DNA of 64,000 bases from Candidatus Bathyarchaeota archaeon (GTDB lineage Archaea > Thermoproteota > Bathyarchaeia > Bathyarchaeales > Bathycorpusculaceae): the NCBI GenBank assembly GCA_963775685.1, contig CAVZJV010000014.1, positions 832,001 through 896,000 on the forward strand, read 5' to 3'. This document shows positions 1 to 9,049 of the stretch, piece by piece (position 1 is the stretch's first letter; the number at the start of each line of letters is the position of its first letter). The notes under the pieces are model-generated. The model ran no database searches. It was not told where the DNA came from and saw only the letters and a list, made by a program, of their open reading frames with translations. Position numbers and translations under genes: made by a program.

Positions 1-732
1 TATTCCTGTTAGTATGTTTGGTTGGGATGGAGTTGTTGTTGGGTTCTGGGGAGATATTGGGGAAGCGGTTGGTAGGTACGGGTTAAAGGTGGGGTTTGGT
101 TGGTACGGTTCTATTGTAGGCTGCGGTGTTGATGATGAAGGTGATGGGTTTCCGATTGTTAGTGTTTTTGCGGCGCTCCAGTCGCTTGTGCCAACTGGAA
201 TAGTTTGAGAGCCAGTGAAACAACTTCCAGAATAAGAATTAGCTGTGTAACTTAAACTGGCTTGCACTTCAAAATCGATTTGGCCTCCCTGAGGTACATT
301 CCAATATCCAATGTTAAAGGATATAACAGTGTTAGCGGAAGTGGTAGCCTGGATACCACCTTGATTGTGACCACTATTCGCGCTGTCCCAGTCTTCGAAG
401 TGCCCCTTGGATCGAACATTATAGTATAGGTAGACTGTTTGGTTGCTGCTGGAGTCCTTGTAGGGTGTAAACGGCTGGTTCTTAATAGTAACGTCGATAG
501 TTCGGTTATCAACATGTTCTCCACCACTGCTATGAGTTATTTGCTCCCCAGTATAGGGGTCTGTAGTAATCCAATGTGTCACGGGAACAACGTAGGAGTG
601 GTCGACATACGCCACTGTGAATTCTGGTACAGACGGATTTGCGGCTAAAACGCAGGAAGGAGACACCGTTAACATTGCTGAGGCAGACAATATAAAAATG
701 GCCATTAGCGAGAATTTCTTATTTGGTTTCAT
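1..732 (-). CDS. Secreted/surface protein of the PSVPEFT family with Pro/Thr-rich linker; runs off the left edge
   Basis: Manual translation from ATG at 732: MKPNKKFSLMAIFILSASAMLTVSPSCVLAANPSVPEFTVAYVDHSY...YLYYNVRSKGHF...PSPSSSTPQPT. Open to position 1, so absent from the ORF track. Confidence 0.75.
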   Translation of the reverse strand, partial: MKPNKKFSLMAIFILSASAMLTVSPSCVLAANPSVPEFTVAYVDHSYVVPVTHWITTDPYTGEQITHSSGGEHVDNRTIDVTIKNQPFTPYKDSSSNQTVYLYYNVRSKGHFEDWDSANSGHNQGGIQATTSANTVISFNIGYWNVPQGGQIDFEVQASLSYTANSYSGSCFTGSQTIPVGTSDWSAAKTLTIGNPSPSSSTPQPTIEPYQPNPTFNPYLPTASPISPQNPTTTPSQPNILTGI

Positions 733-847
733 AGGTTAGTCTTGTGGCAGTTTAAATAAAAAGCTTATAGTAAAGATTCTTTGACTAATCTTAGTCAAAG
801 TTTCTTAACTGGCAACCTTTTATGCAAAACATTACAAATAACTACCT

Positions 848-1420
848 ATGCGAACCAAAATTGCCCTATCACTAATCTGTGTTATACTAACCTCAGGCTT
901 GATTGCAATACAGCCAGCATTCACCCAAATCAGCCCCAACGTTCCAAACTTCACCTTAAAGCTTGAAGATGACTCGCACACTATAGTTAACGCAACCGGA
1001 ACCTACCACATACAGATAAAGTTCATTGACGTCGTTATAAACAACACCGGAGAACCCTCCAACTACGCAGTCGTAAATGAAACCATCGTTAAACTATACT
1101 ACAACATACGCGTCAAAGATCACGCTCAAGACTGGAGCTCCGCTTTGGTTACGCCTAATCTTGCCCCATCAACATCTGGCTACACGACTATAAAGTTTGG
1201 GCTGGGTAGCACTAATCCTGACCCAGGGGGCTGGAGCATCTGGATAGGCAATATAACCAAGAGCGGTAAGGTAGATATTCAAGTACTAGGGATCGACGGA
1301 TTCTACACAAAACTAACAGATAACCCACCATGCTGGAGAATACCTCAATACAGCGTCTTTAACGAAACTGGGAGAAGCAGCTGGAGCTATACACAAACAA
1401 TAACGATATCAAGCAATTAA
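848..1420 (+). CDS. Secreted protein, divergent paralog of the 1-732 protein
   Basis: Signal peptide, PNVPNFT, LYYNIRVKDH and SSWSYTQTITI motifs parallel those of the upstream divergent gene. Confidence 0.7.
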   Translation: MRTKIALSLICVILTSGLIAIQPAFTQISPNVPNFTLKLEDDSHTIVNATGTYHIQIKFIDVVINNTGEPSNYAVVNETIVKLYYNIRVKDHAQDWSSALVTPNLAPSTSGYTTIKFGLGSTNPDPGGWSIWIGNITKSGKVDIQVLGIDGFYTKLTDNPPCWRIPQYSVFNETGRSSWSYTQTITISSN

Positions 1421-2201
1421 ACAACTCAGCAGTAACTCAATAAACTGCAACCCTCGTCAGCATCCGATCTTAAGGCATTCTCCTGAAATTCATTACTCTA
1501 ATGACCGCTGGAAACCCTAATATTGACTTCGATCTTAGAGCTTTTGACATACCTTTACGAGTTACCAAATTGATTTCCTATCAGGATACGAAAAGTGTGT
1601 TTAATTTTTTTAATCTATTTAGCTCTTTTTGGCTTCAGCCAATACAAGGAATCATTACAGTTTTAAACACCAACAAAACAGTGGTGGAAATGACCACAAA
1701 AGCCACAAAAAGCCAATTCTACTTGATGAGACTCACTCTTCAAACTGCCTTAAAACTTATTTTTCTAAATTAACAACGATTGTTATTCGATCCACATGAC
1801 ACCAATTACCTTACCAATAAACCAAGTCCACAAGAGGCTAATGCAACGTCAGACCACAAAGCCAAAAATCATGCCCAAATCCTCAGCTGATAGCAATGCA
1901 AAGAATGTTAATTCTTCAAACTCCTTGTTTGTGGAAACTACCGCATGATATTTGGTCTTAAGAAAATATTATTTGGAGTTGAGCGTTTATTCGGTAACTT
2001 CTTTGAATGTTACGTAGGTTTCTGTTGGTATCGTTTTTTGTGTTATCTTGTATTTTTTGTTCTTTTTGTTTGTCATAGACAAATTTAAGACGAGATTAAC
2101 GCTTTATAAGTTGTGTTTACCTTGCGCTTGTTCTGCCATTTCTTGGATCTTGAAAAAAATCTGTCTGTTAAGCGGGAAAGGGAAGCGATATTTTTTCCAG
2201 G

Positions 2202-2765
2202 TTAAGATTTGTAGAGTTTTGGGTCAAGAAGCGCGAAGTTGTTCCCACCTGCGTGGTAGAGCATTCGGACGCGTTTGAGATCGTAGCCCCCCTCTGTGAA
2301 TACGCCATTGTCTGCGTAAGCTTCGAGGATTTTGCCAACGAATATGGTGTGGTCGCCTGTAGTGAATTGCCCGTCGACTTCGCATTCGAGGTGGGCGATG
2401 CATTCGCGGATGGCTGGTGCCTTGACTTTCTTGCTAGGCATCGGTGTGAGGTTTGCTTTTTTGAATTTGTCAAAGCTTCTTCCGGTTAAGGATCCGCAAG
2501 CGTAAACCGCTTGTAGAATTTCTATTGTAGGAACGTTTACGACAAATTCGCCGGATTCTGCGATGAGGGTATGGGTGTGGCGGGTGGGTGCGAGACTTAT
2601 GGCTATCAACGGCGGGTTGCCCGAGGTTGGCATTACCCACGCTACTGTGGTAACATTAGCTTTGCCTGTTTTTCCGACGGCTGAAACCAGCACAGTATGC
2701 ATGGGATGAAGCAACCTGGTTACGGAGTTAATGTTTACTGTTGTTTTCGCCGACACCTTTGTCAC
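2202..2765 (-). CDS. Flavin reductase-like protein (DIM6/NTAB family)
   Basis: NVTTVAW, PPLIAISL, GEFVVNVP, APAIRECIAHLEC and GDHTIFVG motifs. Confidence 0.9.
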   Translation of the reverse strand: MTKVSAKTTVNINSVTRLLHPMHTVLVSAVGKTGKANVTTVAWVMPTSGNPPLIAISLAPTRHTHTLIAESGEFVVNVPTIEILQAVYACGSLTGRSFDKFKKANLTPMPSKKVKAPAIRECIAHLECEVDGQFTTGDHTIFVGKILEAYADNGVFTEGGYDLKRVRMLYHAGGNNFALLDPKLYKS

Positions 2766-2852
2766 CTTGTTATGTTTATTGCGTGGGGTTGGAAGTTATT
2801 TTGTTTTTCTATTGCGCAGGAGGTTGTCTTCGAAAATTTATTTCCTTTTCTG

Positions 2853-4403
2853 TCAATGCCCCTCAACCTTGTGAATTACACTGATTATCAGCTTCCCATG
2901 GGCAGTTTTCACTAAGCTCATTCGCAGATGAATCGGGACTTTCTCTTGGTTCTTAGTGATTTGGTCCGTGTGGAGGTCAATGCGCTCGGTTTCTTGCAGT
3001 TTTTCCATAAGTGTTTTCTTTACCTCTTCGGGAACCTGAAGAACCGTCAACAAGTTCAAGTTCATCAATTCGTTACAGGGATAACCGAATAGGTTGCACG
3101 CAGCAAGGTTTGCGTAAACGAAGTCTCCCTTCAAATTCGCCAAAAAGATGGCTTCGCTTAGGTTGTCCAAAATCATTGCTCTAAACTGCAAGCCCTCTTC
3201 GTTTTTGCGGCGGTCCATGATTTCCAGAGTTAGCGTCTTATTGGACTCTGCGTATTCCGCCGTGCGCCTTGCCACAACCTCTTCAAGGCGTTGATTGTAG
3301 CTGCTTAGCTCTTGCTCAAGTTCTTTACGTTTTGTAATGTTTTCGAATATAGCGACGAAATGTTCTTTTTTGGGACCATACACAGAGATGTTAAACCATC
3401 TGCTTAGTGGCCTAAAATAAACCTCAAAGCTTTCCGTTTTTCCTGTCTTTGCAACTCTACCATATATCTCAAAAATTTCAGGGTTCGCTTCTCTGGTCCC
3501 GGGAATAACCTCAGAAACACGCCGCCCAACAACCGCCTCCCGCTTCAATCCGGTAAGCTTCTCGAAGCCAACATTGATTTCCAGATAAACAAAATCGACA
3601 GGCTCATCTTTTTGGTCAAAAATCATTCGGCAGTAAGCGTACCCGTTTATCATGTTTTCAAATAGACTGCGGTATTTTTCTTCGCTTAACTTAAGATCCT
3701 CTTCTGCTTGTTTCTTTTGGTCAACGTTTATAGCAATAACTCGAATTCTGGGTCCTATGGGAATATAGGAGAACTGTTGCAGGTACCAGTGGTCACCAAG
3801 ACATATTTCGCGGCCAAAAGAGTAATCTATTGAGATTTTGCCTTTAAAAGCTGAAATGACGTTTATCCAGTCAGAGAAGAATGGTTGGTCTAAACCTTTT
3901 TGCTCGATGTTTGGGAACACTTTTTTGGCTGCAGGGTTAGTGTAGGTTATCTTGCCTTCGAAGTCCGCCTCAATTACGGGGTTAGGGATGAAAGAAGGAA
4001 AAGACGCCAGCCGGATGTATCTTTCTTCGATGAGTTTACGGTCAGTTATATCTTGCCCGGAAAAAACTGCCCCGTTAAAAACGCCATCTTCAACCTTAAC
4101 AGGCAAAATATGCCAGTTGATGATGCGTTCTTTTCCACTTCTAGTTAAAATCGGCTTATCCATATGTCCCCTTTGAAATGTACCGTTTAGAAGCTGATGA
4201 AAAGACATTCTCATCTCTTCTTTGGAGCCCTGGGGCATGAAGTTATTAAACCAGTTCTTCCCAACAACGTCGCCTTTTATGTACCCCAATACTTCACAGC
4301 CCCGCGGGTTAATGTTAGAAACGGTTTCATCACTTCCAACAAAAACAACTAAGAGGTCTTCCAAATTTAATTGGAAGGTTTCCATTTCATTTTTTTCTGA
4401 CAT
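2853..4403 (-). CDS. Multi-PAS sensor protein with no recognisable output domain
   Basis: Repeated PAS/PAC signatures (INPRGCEVLGY, DITDRK, YTNPAA, NITKRK, YANLAACNLFGY) and a coiled coil; no HisKA/HATPase motifs. Confidence 0.85.
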   Translation of the reverse strand: MSEKNEMETFQLNLEDLLVVFVGSDETVSNINPRGCEVLGYIKGDVVGKNWFNNFMPQGSKEEMRMSFHQLLNGTFQRGHMDKPILTRSGKERIINWHILPVKVEDGVFNGAVFSGQDITDRKLIEERYIRLASFPSFIPNPVIEADFEGKITYTNPAAKKVFPNIEQKGLDQPFFSDWINVISAFKGKISIDYSFGREICLGDHWYLQQFSYIPIGPRIRVIAINVDQKKQAEEDLKLSEEKYRSLFENMINGYAYCRMIFDQKDEPVDFVYLEINVGFEKLTGLKREAVVGRRVSEVIPGTREANPEIFEIYGRVAKTGKTESFEVYFRPLSRWFNISVYGPKKEHFVAIFENITKRKELEQELSSYNQRLEEVVARRTAEYAESNKTLTLEIMDRRKNEEGLQFRAMILDNLSEAIFLANLKGDFVYANLAACNLFGYPCNELMNLNLLTVLQVPEEVKKTLMEKLQETERIDLHTDQITKNQEKVPIHLRMSLVKTAHGKLIISVIHKVEGH

Positions 4404-6577
4404 TAAATTTTCTCCTTTTCAATTAACCGGTTACTTGAAGTTGCCAATTCTGAAGCCGGAAGATACATTTGCTCAACATATTGCTTCATCATTCGGCATG
4501 CGTTGAATTCGGGATTAATAGTTTTGATAGCTTCCTTGGCGACTCCAATCCAGCCATGCGGGATTCCCTTGCGGTCGCGATCATAAAACAGGGGTACTAT
4601 TCTGTTTTCCAAAAGCCCATATAATGTTTCAGCGTCCGTCTTGTCTTCTTCCTCAGGAGTTCCACCCTTAAAGGTATCGATGGCCCAGCCATTACTGCCG
4701 TTAAAAGCTTCATCCCACCATCCGTCGCGCACGCTTAAGTTGATAACGCCGTTCATCGAAGCTTTCATGCCGCTTGTTCCACATGCTTCCTGCAATCGCC
4801 TAGGCGTATTTAACCAGACATCGACCCCTCGAACTAAATCTCTTGCAAGGTTAAGGTCATAATCTTCCACAAAGACAATTCGCCCCTGAAACCGCTTATC
4901 CAAAGCCACTTCGTAAACTCTTTTTAGTAGTTCCTTTGAGGCATAATCAGCTGGGTGAGATTTGCCGCCGAAAATTATCTGCACTGGCCGGAGCGGGTCA
5001 GTAACTATCTTTTTAAGCCTTTCCATATCCGTTAAAAGCAGATAAGGGCGTTTGTACTGAGCAAATCGACGTGTAAACGCAAGGGTTAAGGTGTAAGGAT
5101 CCAGCAACGCGCCCATCGCAAGAACCTGCTGAGTAGAAATTCCATCTCTCATTAAACGTAACTGCGCGCGATCCTGAATTGCTCTTATAAGTCGACCCTT
5201 GAGCAGTTGATGTACATTCCAAAATTCTTCATCAGAAATGTTTGCAATGTGTTCCCAGAACTTCTCTTCATATTGACTTGGTAAGGCGTTTTGGGTTTGT
5301 TTTTCAAAAAGTTCTGAGATTTCGGCTGCTCGCCAACTCGGCGAATGAACGCCGTTAGTTATGCTTAAAATTGGAACGTCTTCCAAAGCCTTTTCCGGGT
5401 AAATGGCGCGCCACATTTTCCGCGCAACCAAACCATGCAGTTTGCTAACTGCATTGGCCTGACCTGACATTCGTAGTGCAAAAGCAGTTAAACTAAATCT
5501 TTCCCAACCTACCCCCTCGAAATATCCAAGTTTTAAGAAGGTCTCGCGGTCAATGCCAAGTGTTTCCCAAAAATTTTGGGCGTAACGATTCATGAGTGTG
5601 TAGGGGAAAATGTGGTGTCCTGCGGGAACGGGAGTGTGGGTTGTGAAAACCGTAGTTTGACGCACTTTTTCGGTTGCTTCTTTTAAAGGAGTTCCGATGG
5701 CGCGTTCTTCTCGGAGCCGTTCCAGCATCATGAATGCTGTGTGGTCTTCATTTGCATGCCAAATCGTTGGTTTTATTTTCAGCGCCCGCAGGGTGCGCAC
5801 TCCACCTATGCCTAATACAATAAGTTGCCGCAGTCGCTCTTCTTGGTCCGCAGTATAGAGACGAGCCGAGAGCCCTCTGTCTTCGAGGCGATTATCGCTT
5901 ATGTTGGTGTCAAGCAAATACAGGTTGACCCGCCCCACGCGGGCTTGCCAAACTTGGAGAAATACTTGGCGGTTGCCAAGCGGAACTTGAATCAATGGAC
6001 CGCATCCTTGAGGCCAAGCACATGCAGAAATTGGTGCTTCAGTAAAATCCAGCTGCGTGTAGGCTTCTTCTTGCCAACCATCGGCGGAAACGCGTTGGCG
6101 GAAGTATCCTTGTGGATACATAAATCCAACGGCGACCAGCGGTATTCCAATGTCCGAGGCTTGTTTGCAGATGTCCCCAGCTAAAACACCTAATCCACCA
6201 GCGTAGATGGGCAAAGAATTGTGGATGGCGTATTCAGCAGAAAAATAAGCAATTTGCCCCTCAACATCGTTGGGCATGTTTTTTCCACACCAATCCTTCT
6301 TGTTTGACATATAATTATCAAACTTTACCATTATCGAATCATATAGATCAAGAAAAGCGGGGTCTCTACCCGCAGCCTCTAGTTTGAGTGGGTTTATGTC
6401 TCTTAGTTGTTTAACGGGGTTATGGCCGCTTGCCCTCCACAACTCGTAGTCAAGAGACCGAAATAGCTGACGCCCCTCCTCATCCCAACTCCACCAAAGA
6501 TTCTTGGCAAGCTCAGGTAATCTTCCAATCCGCTTAGGGATAAGTTGAAGTATTTCTTGATCGTCCGAAAGTTCCAT
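4403..6577 (-). CDS. glgP: Alpha-glucan (glycogen/maltodextrin) phosphorylase, 724 aa
   Basis: AYFSAEY, YAGGLGVLAGD, FTTHTPVPAGH, TNGVH and EACGTSGMKA (PLP lysine). Confidence 0.95.
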   Translation of the reverse strand: MELSDDQEILQLIPKRIGRLPELAKNLWWSWDEEGRQLFRSLDYELWRASGHNPVKQLRDINPLKLEAAGRDPAFLDLYDSIMVKFDNYMSNKKDWCGKNMPNDVEGQIAYFSAEYAIHNSLPIYAGGLGVLAGDICKQASDIGIPLVAVGFMYPQGYFRQRVSADGWQEEAYTQLDFTEAPISACAWPQGCGPLIQVPLGNRQVFLQVWQARVGRVNLYLLDTNISDNRLEDRGLSARLYTADQEERLRQLIVLGIGGVRTLRALKIKPTIWHANEDHTAFMMLERLREERAIGTPLKEATEKVRQTTVFTTHTPVPAGHHIFPYTLMNRYAQNFWETLGIDRETFLKLGYFEGVGWERFSLTAFALRMSGQANAVSKLHGLVARKMWRAIYPEKALEDVPILSITNGVHSPSWRAAEISELFEKQTQNALPSQYEEKFWEHIANISDEEFWNVHQLLKGRLIRAIQDRAQLRLMRDGISTQQVLAMGALLDPYTLTLAFTRRFAQYKRPYLLLTDMERLKKIVTDPLRPVQIIFGGKSHPADYASKELLKRVYEVALDKRFQGRIVFVEDYDLNLARDLVRGVDVWLNTPRRLQEACGTSGMKASMNGVINLSVRDGWWDEAFNGSNGWAIDTFKGGTPEEEDKTDAETLYGLLENRIVPLFYDRDRKGIPHGWIGVAKEAIKTINPEFNACRMMKQYVEQMYLPASELATSSNRLIEKEKI

Positions 6578-6883
6578 CTTGATTTACTCCTTGCTTAGTG
6601 GCGAACCGCCGCTTTTTTCTTGAGATTAAACAAAAATGTTAACGGTGAACATTCTTCTGGTGTACTTTTCACAAAGCTATAACGTTTTTTGATATTTATA
6701 GTTTGATATCAGCAATCCTTTCGTTCCACAAGTTTGGGTGTTCTATGCAGACTGGATTCTTTAAAGAAGAATGCTCAAAAACAATGTTCAAAGGCTTGTT
6801 TTTTTAGGAGAGATACTAAAATACGATGATTTTCAATGTTATAATTCTCTGTTAAATTAGTTAACAGTCTGGAGGGAATTAAT

Positions 6884-7390
6884 TTGAAGGTTGAAATAAT
6901 TCGCAAAGCAATTAAACATATATGTGCTTTTCACAATCACTTTAAGAACTTCGAGAATGTCGATGCGGTTCGACATATTTTTGGTGACAAAACCAAGAGC
7001 ACTCTATCGAATCTGGAAATTGAATTTACTAATTCAACAATCTATATGAGTGTTGACAATGAAGGTCGGCTTTTAATTAATCCGCGTTATCTTGAATCTG
7101 GAAAATTTACGGACATCTACCTTGATGTCGTTCACGAGTTAGTCCACGTCAAGCAGGTCCTAAACGGCAAGAACTGTAACCATGCATTGCCATATGTTGA
7201 GCGACCTTTGGAAATAGAGGCGTATGGCGTAGCAGTAGATGAAGCAAGGGCTTTAGGCTTAAATGAACTCCGAATTATTGATTATTTGGAATCTGACTTG
7301 ATTAATGCTGACGAACTTAGACAGTTGGCAGCAACCTTAGGCATCAATTGCGGACAAGAAGATGACTCGCAATCTGAGTGCAACGGTTAA
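6884..7390 (+). CDS. Hypothetical protein with zincin-like HEXXH motif
   Basis: VVHELVHVKQ followed by PLEIEAY. Confidence 0.6.
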   Translation: MKVEIIRKAIKHICAFHNHFKNFENVDAVRHIFGDKTKSTLSNLEIEFTNSTIYMSVDNEGRLLINPRYLESGKFTDIYLDVVHELVHVKQVLNGKNCNHALPYVERPLEIEAYGVAVDEARALGLNELRIIDYLESDLINADELRQLAATLGINCGQEDDSQSECNG

Positions 7391-7398
7391 CCTTTCAT

Positions 7399-8547
7399 CT
7401 ATTTCCGTTTTATGCTATATTGCTCGATTACGTCTTTTGCTTTTTCTCTTCGTTCCTGATGGTGCTTTAGGAAAGCGTTGAGTTTTTCTGCTATATCTTT
7501 TTTGCATTCGCCACAGAGCATTTCTCCTCCGCGACATCTGCGTTCTCGCTCCGCCAGTTTGGATGAATCTTCTTCGAAGAGGAAGAAGTAGTATTGGAAA
7601 ATGCTGCAGACAGAAGGATCAGCACCCCCTTTACGTTGTTCCGCCGCGGTGCCTTTGCCGCCTGTGAAGGCGTTCCAGATTTTCTTTTTAACTACATCGG
7701 GCTGGTCCACGGTGAATATGCTAGTTTCGGGCACGCTGGCACTCATTTTTCCACCTGCCCCAAGTCCAGGTAAGAAGCGGCAATGAATCTGTGCTGGCTT
7801 ATAGTACCCGAGTTTTTGGGCCACGTCGCGTGTTACGCGCCAGTAAGGGTCTTGGTCGATAGCTGCTGGAATCAATGCAGGGACGTTTTCGCCTGTAAGT
7901 TTTTTGTGGATAAAGCAGGGTGAAGCTTGGATGGCAGGCCAGAAGACCCAGCCGATGTTAGTGCTGTCTTGGAACCCAAACGAACTGCGGGCGGTGCTGT
8001 AGGTTATGCGTTTGGCAACTTCTAAGGTGATGTCGTAGAGAAGGTCGATGTCTTTTGTGTCGTAAATTATGAATGTGTCCTCGTGTTTGAATCCCAATGC
8101 AATGAGGTCCAACGCGTTTTCGTAGCTCCATTTGGCGGTGTTTTTGAGGTCGGAGTTGTCGCTGATTAAGTATTTTTCGTCGTCTGTTATCTGGAAGTAG
8201 AGTCGGGTTTTGAATTTTTGTTGAATATGAAGGGTAAATATCCATGGAACAAGGTGCCCGATGTGGACAGGCCCAGATGGTCCTCTGCCTGTGTAGAGGA
8301 CAAATTTTGTGCCTTTATCGTATAAGTCCAATACGGTGTCTAAGTCGCGGTGGCTAAAGAAAATCTGCCTCTCCAGCTGAAGATGCAGTTTGTCTGTGTG
8401 GTTTTCTATGCGCTTAAGGAGTTGGGATGTGAGGGTTTGGGTACCGAATTCCTTTATGAGGCGTTGATAGTCTACTTTGCCTTTAACTTCCCAAGGGGTA
8501 ACTACCATTTCATTGTTGTTTTCTTCAGCGTTCGCCGTTGTGTTCAC
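7399..8547 (-). CDS. trpS: Tryptophan--tRNA ligase (archaeal type)
   Basis: VTPWEV, YTGRGPSG-HIGH, AIDQDPY and KMSAS motifs; start placed at GTG 8547 rather than 8640. Confidence 0.95.
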   Translation of the reverse strand: MNTTANAEENNNEMVVTPWEVKGKVDYQRLIKEFGTQTLTSQLLKRIENHTDKLHLQLERQIFFSHRDLDTVLDLYDKGTKFVLYTGRGPSGPVHIGHLVPWIFTLHIQQKFKTRLYFQITDDEKYLISDNSDLKNTAKWSYENALDLIALGFKHEDTFIIYDTKDIDLLYDITLEVAKRITYSTARSSFGFQDSTNIGWVFWPAIQASPCFIHKKLTGENVPALIPAAIDQDPYWRVTRDVAQKLGYYKPAQIHCRFLPGLGAGGKMSASVPETSIFTVDQPDVVKKKIWNAFTGGKGTAAEQRKGGADPSVCSIFQYYFFLFEEDSSKLAERERRCRGGEMLCGECKKDIAEKLNAFLKHHQERREKAKDVIEQYSIKRK

Positions 8548-9049
8548 CGTCTTTTTAACAAGAAAGGTTGTGTTTGTTGATATATGTTTTTTTGCAGTTT
8601 GAGGTTTGTTGTTGTTTTGGAAATGAATTCGGTCTTGCATTTTTTTAGTAGCTGTTGCAATGTTCTCTTAGACACAACAACAACAACCAGCAGGTTGCAG
8701 AGAACAGTGCATTTTTCTTCAGCGTCAGGTGTGGGTTGCAGAAGGTTGTGCATTGACGCCGTATACTGAGTAGGAGCCGTAGCTTCAAAGGCCGCTGTGA
8801 GATTATTGATGCCGCAAGCATTGTCGGAGATAGGTAAATTTGAAAGTTGGCGAAACTAAATTTAGAGCGAAAGCTTTAGTTGAACAATTTTGCCCCCAAA
8901 ACAGTTTTGACTGCAGCTGCCAACGTCGCCCTTGTCTTTGCAGTCACCCATATTTTCTCTAAGAGGCAAGCTTTCTCTAAACCGCCGCAAAAATGGGCAG
9001 ACCCCCGGCAAGCCCGAAAAATAGTTAGGCATGTCGCATGCTTACTACT

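Noticed and set aside
20-150. GGT/GTT-rich quasi-repeats
   Set aside because: Explained by the Pro/Thr linker encoded on the minus strand.
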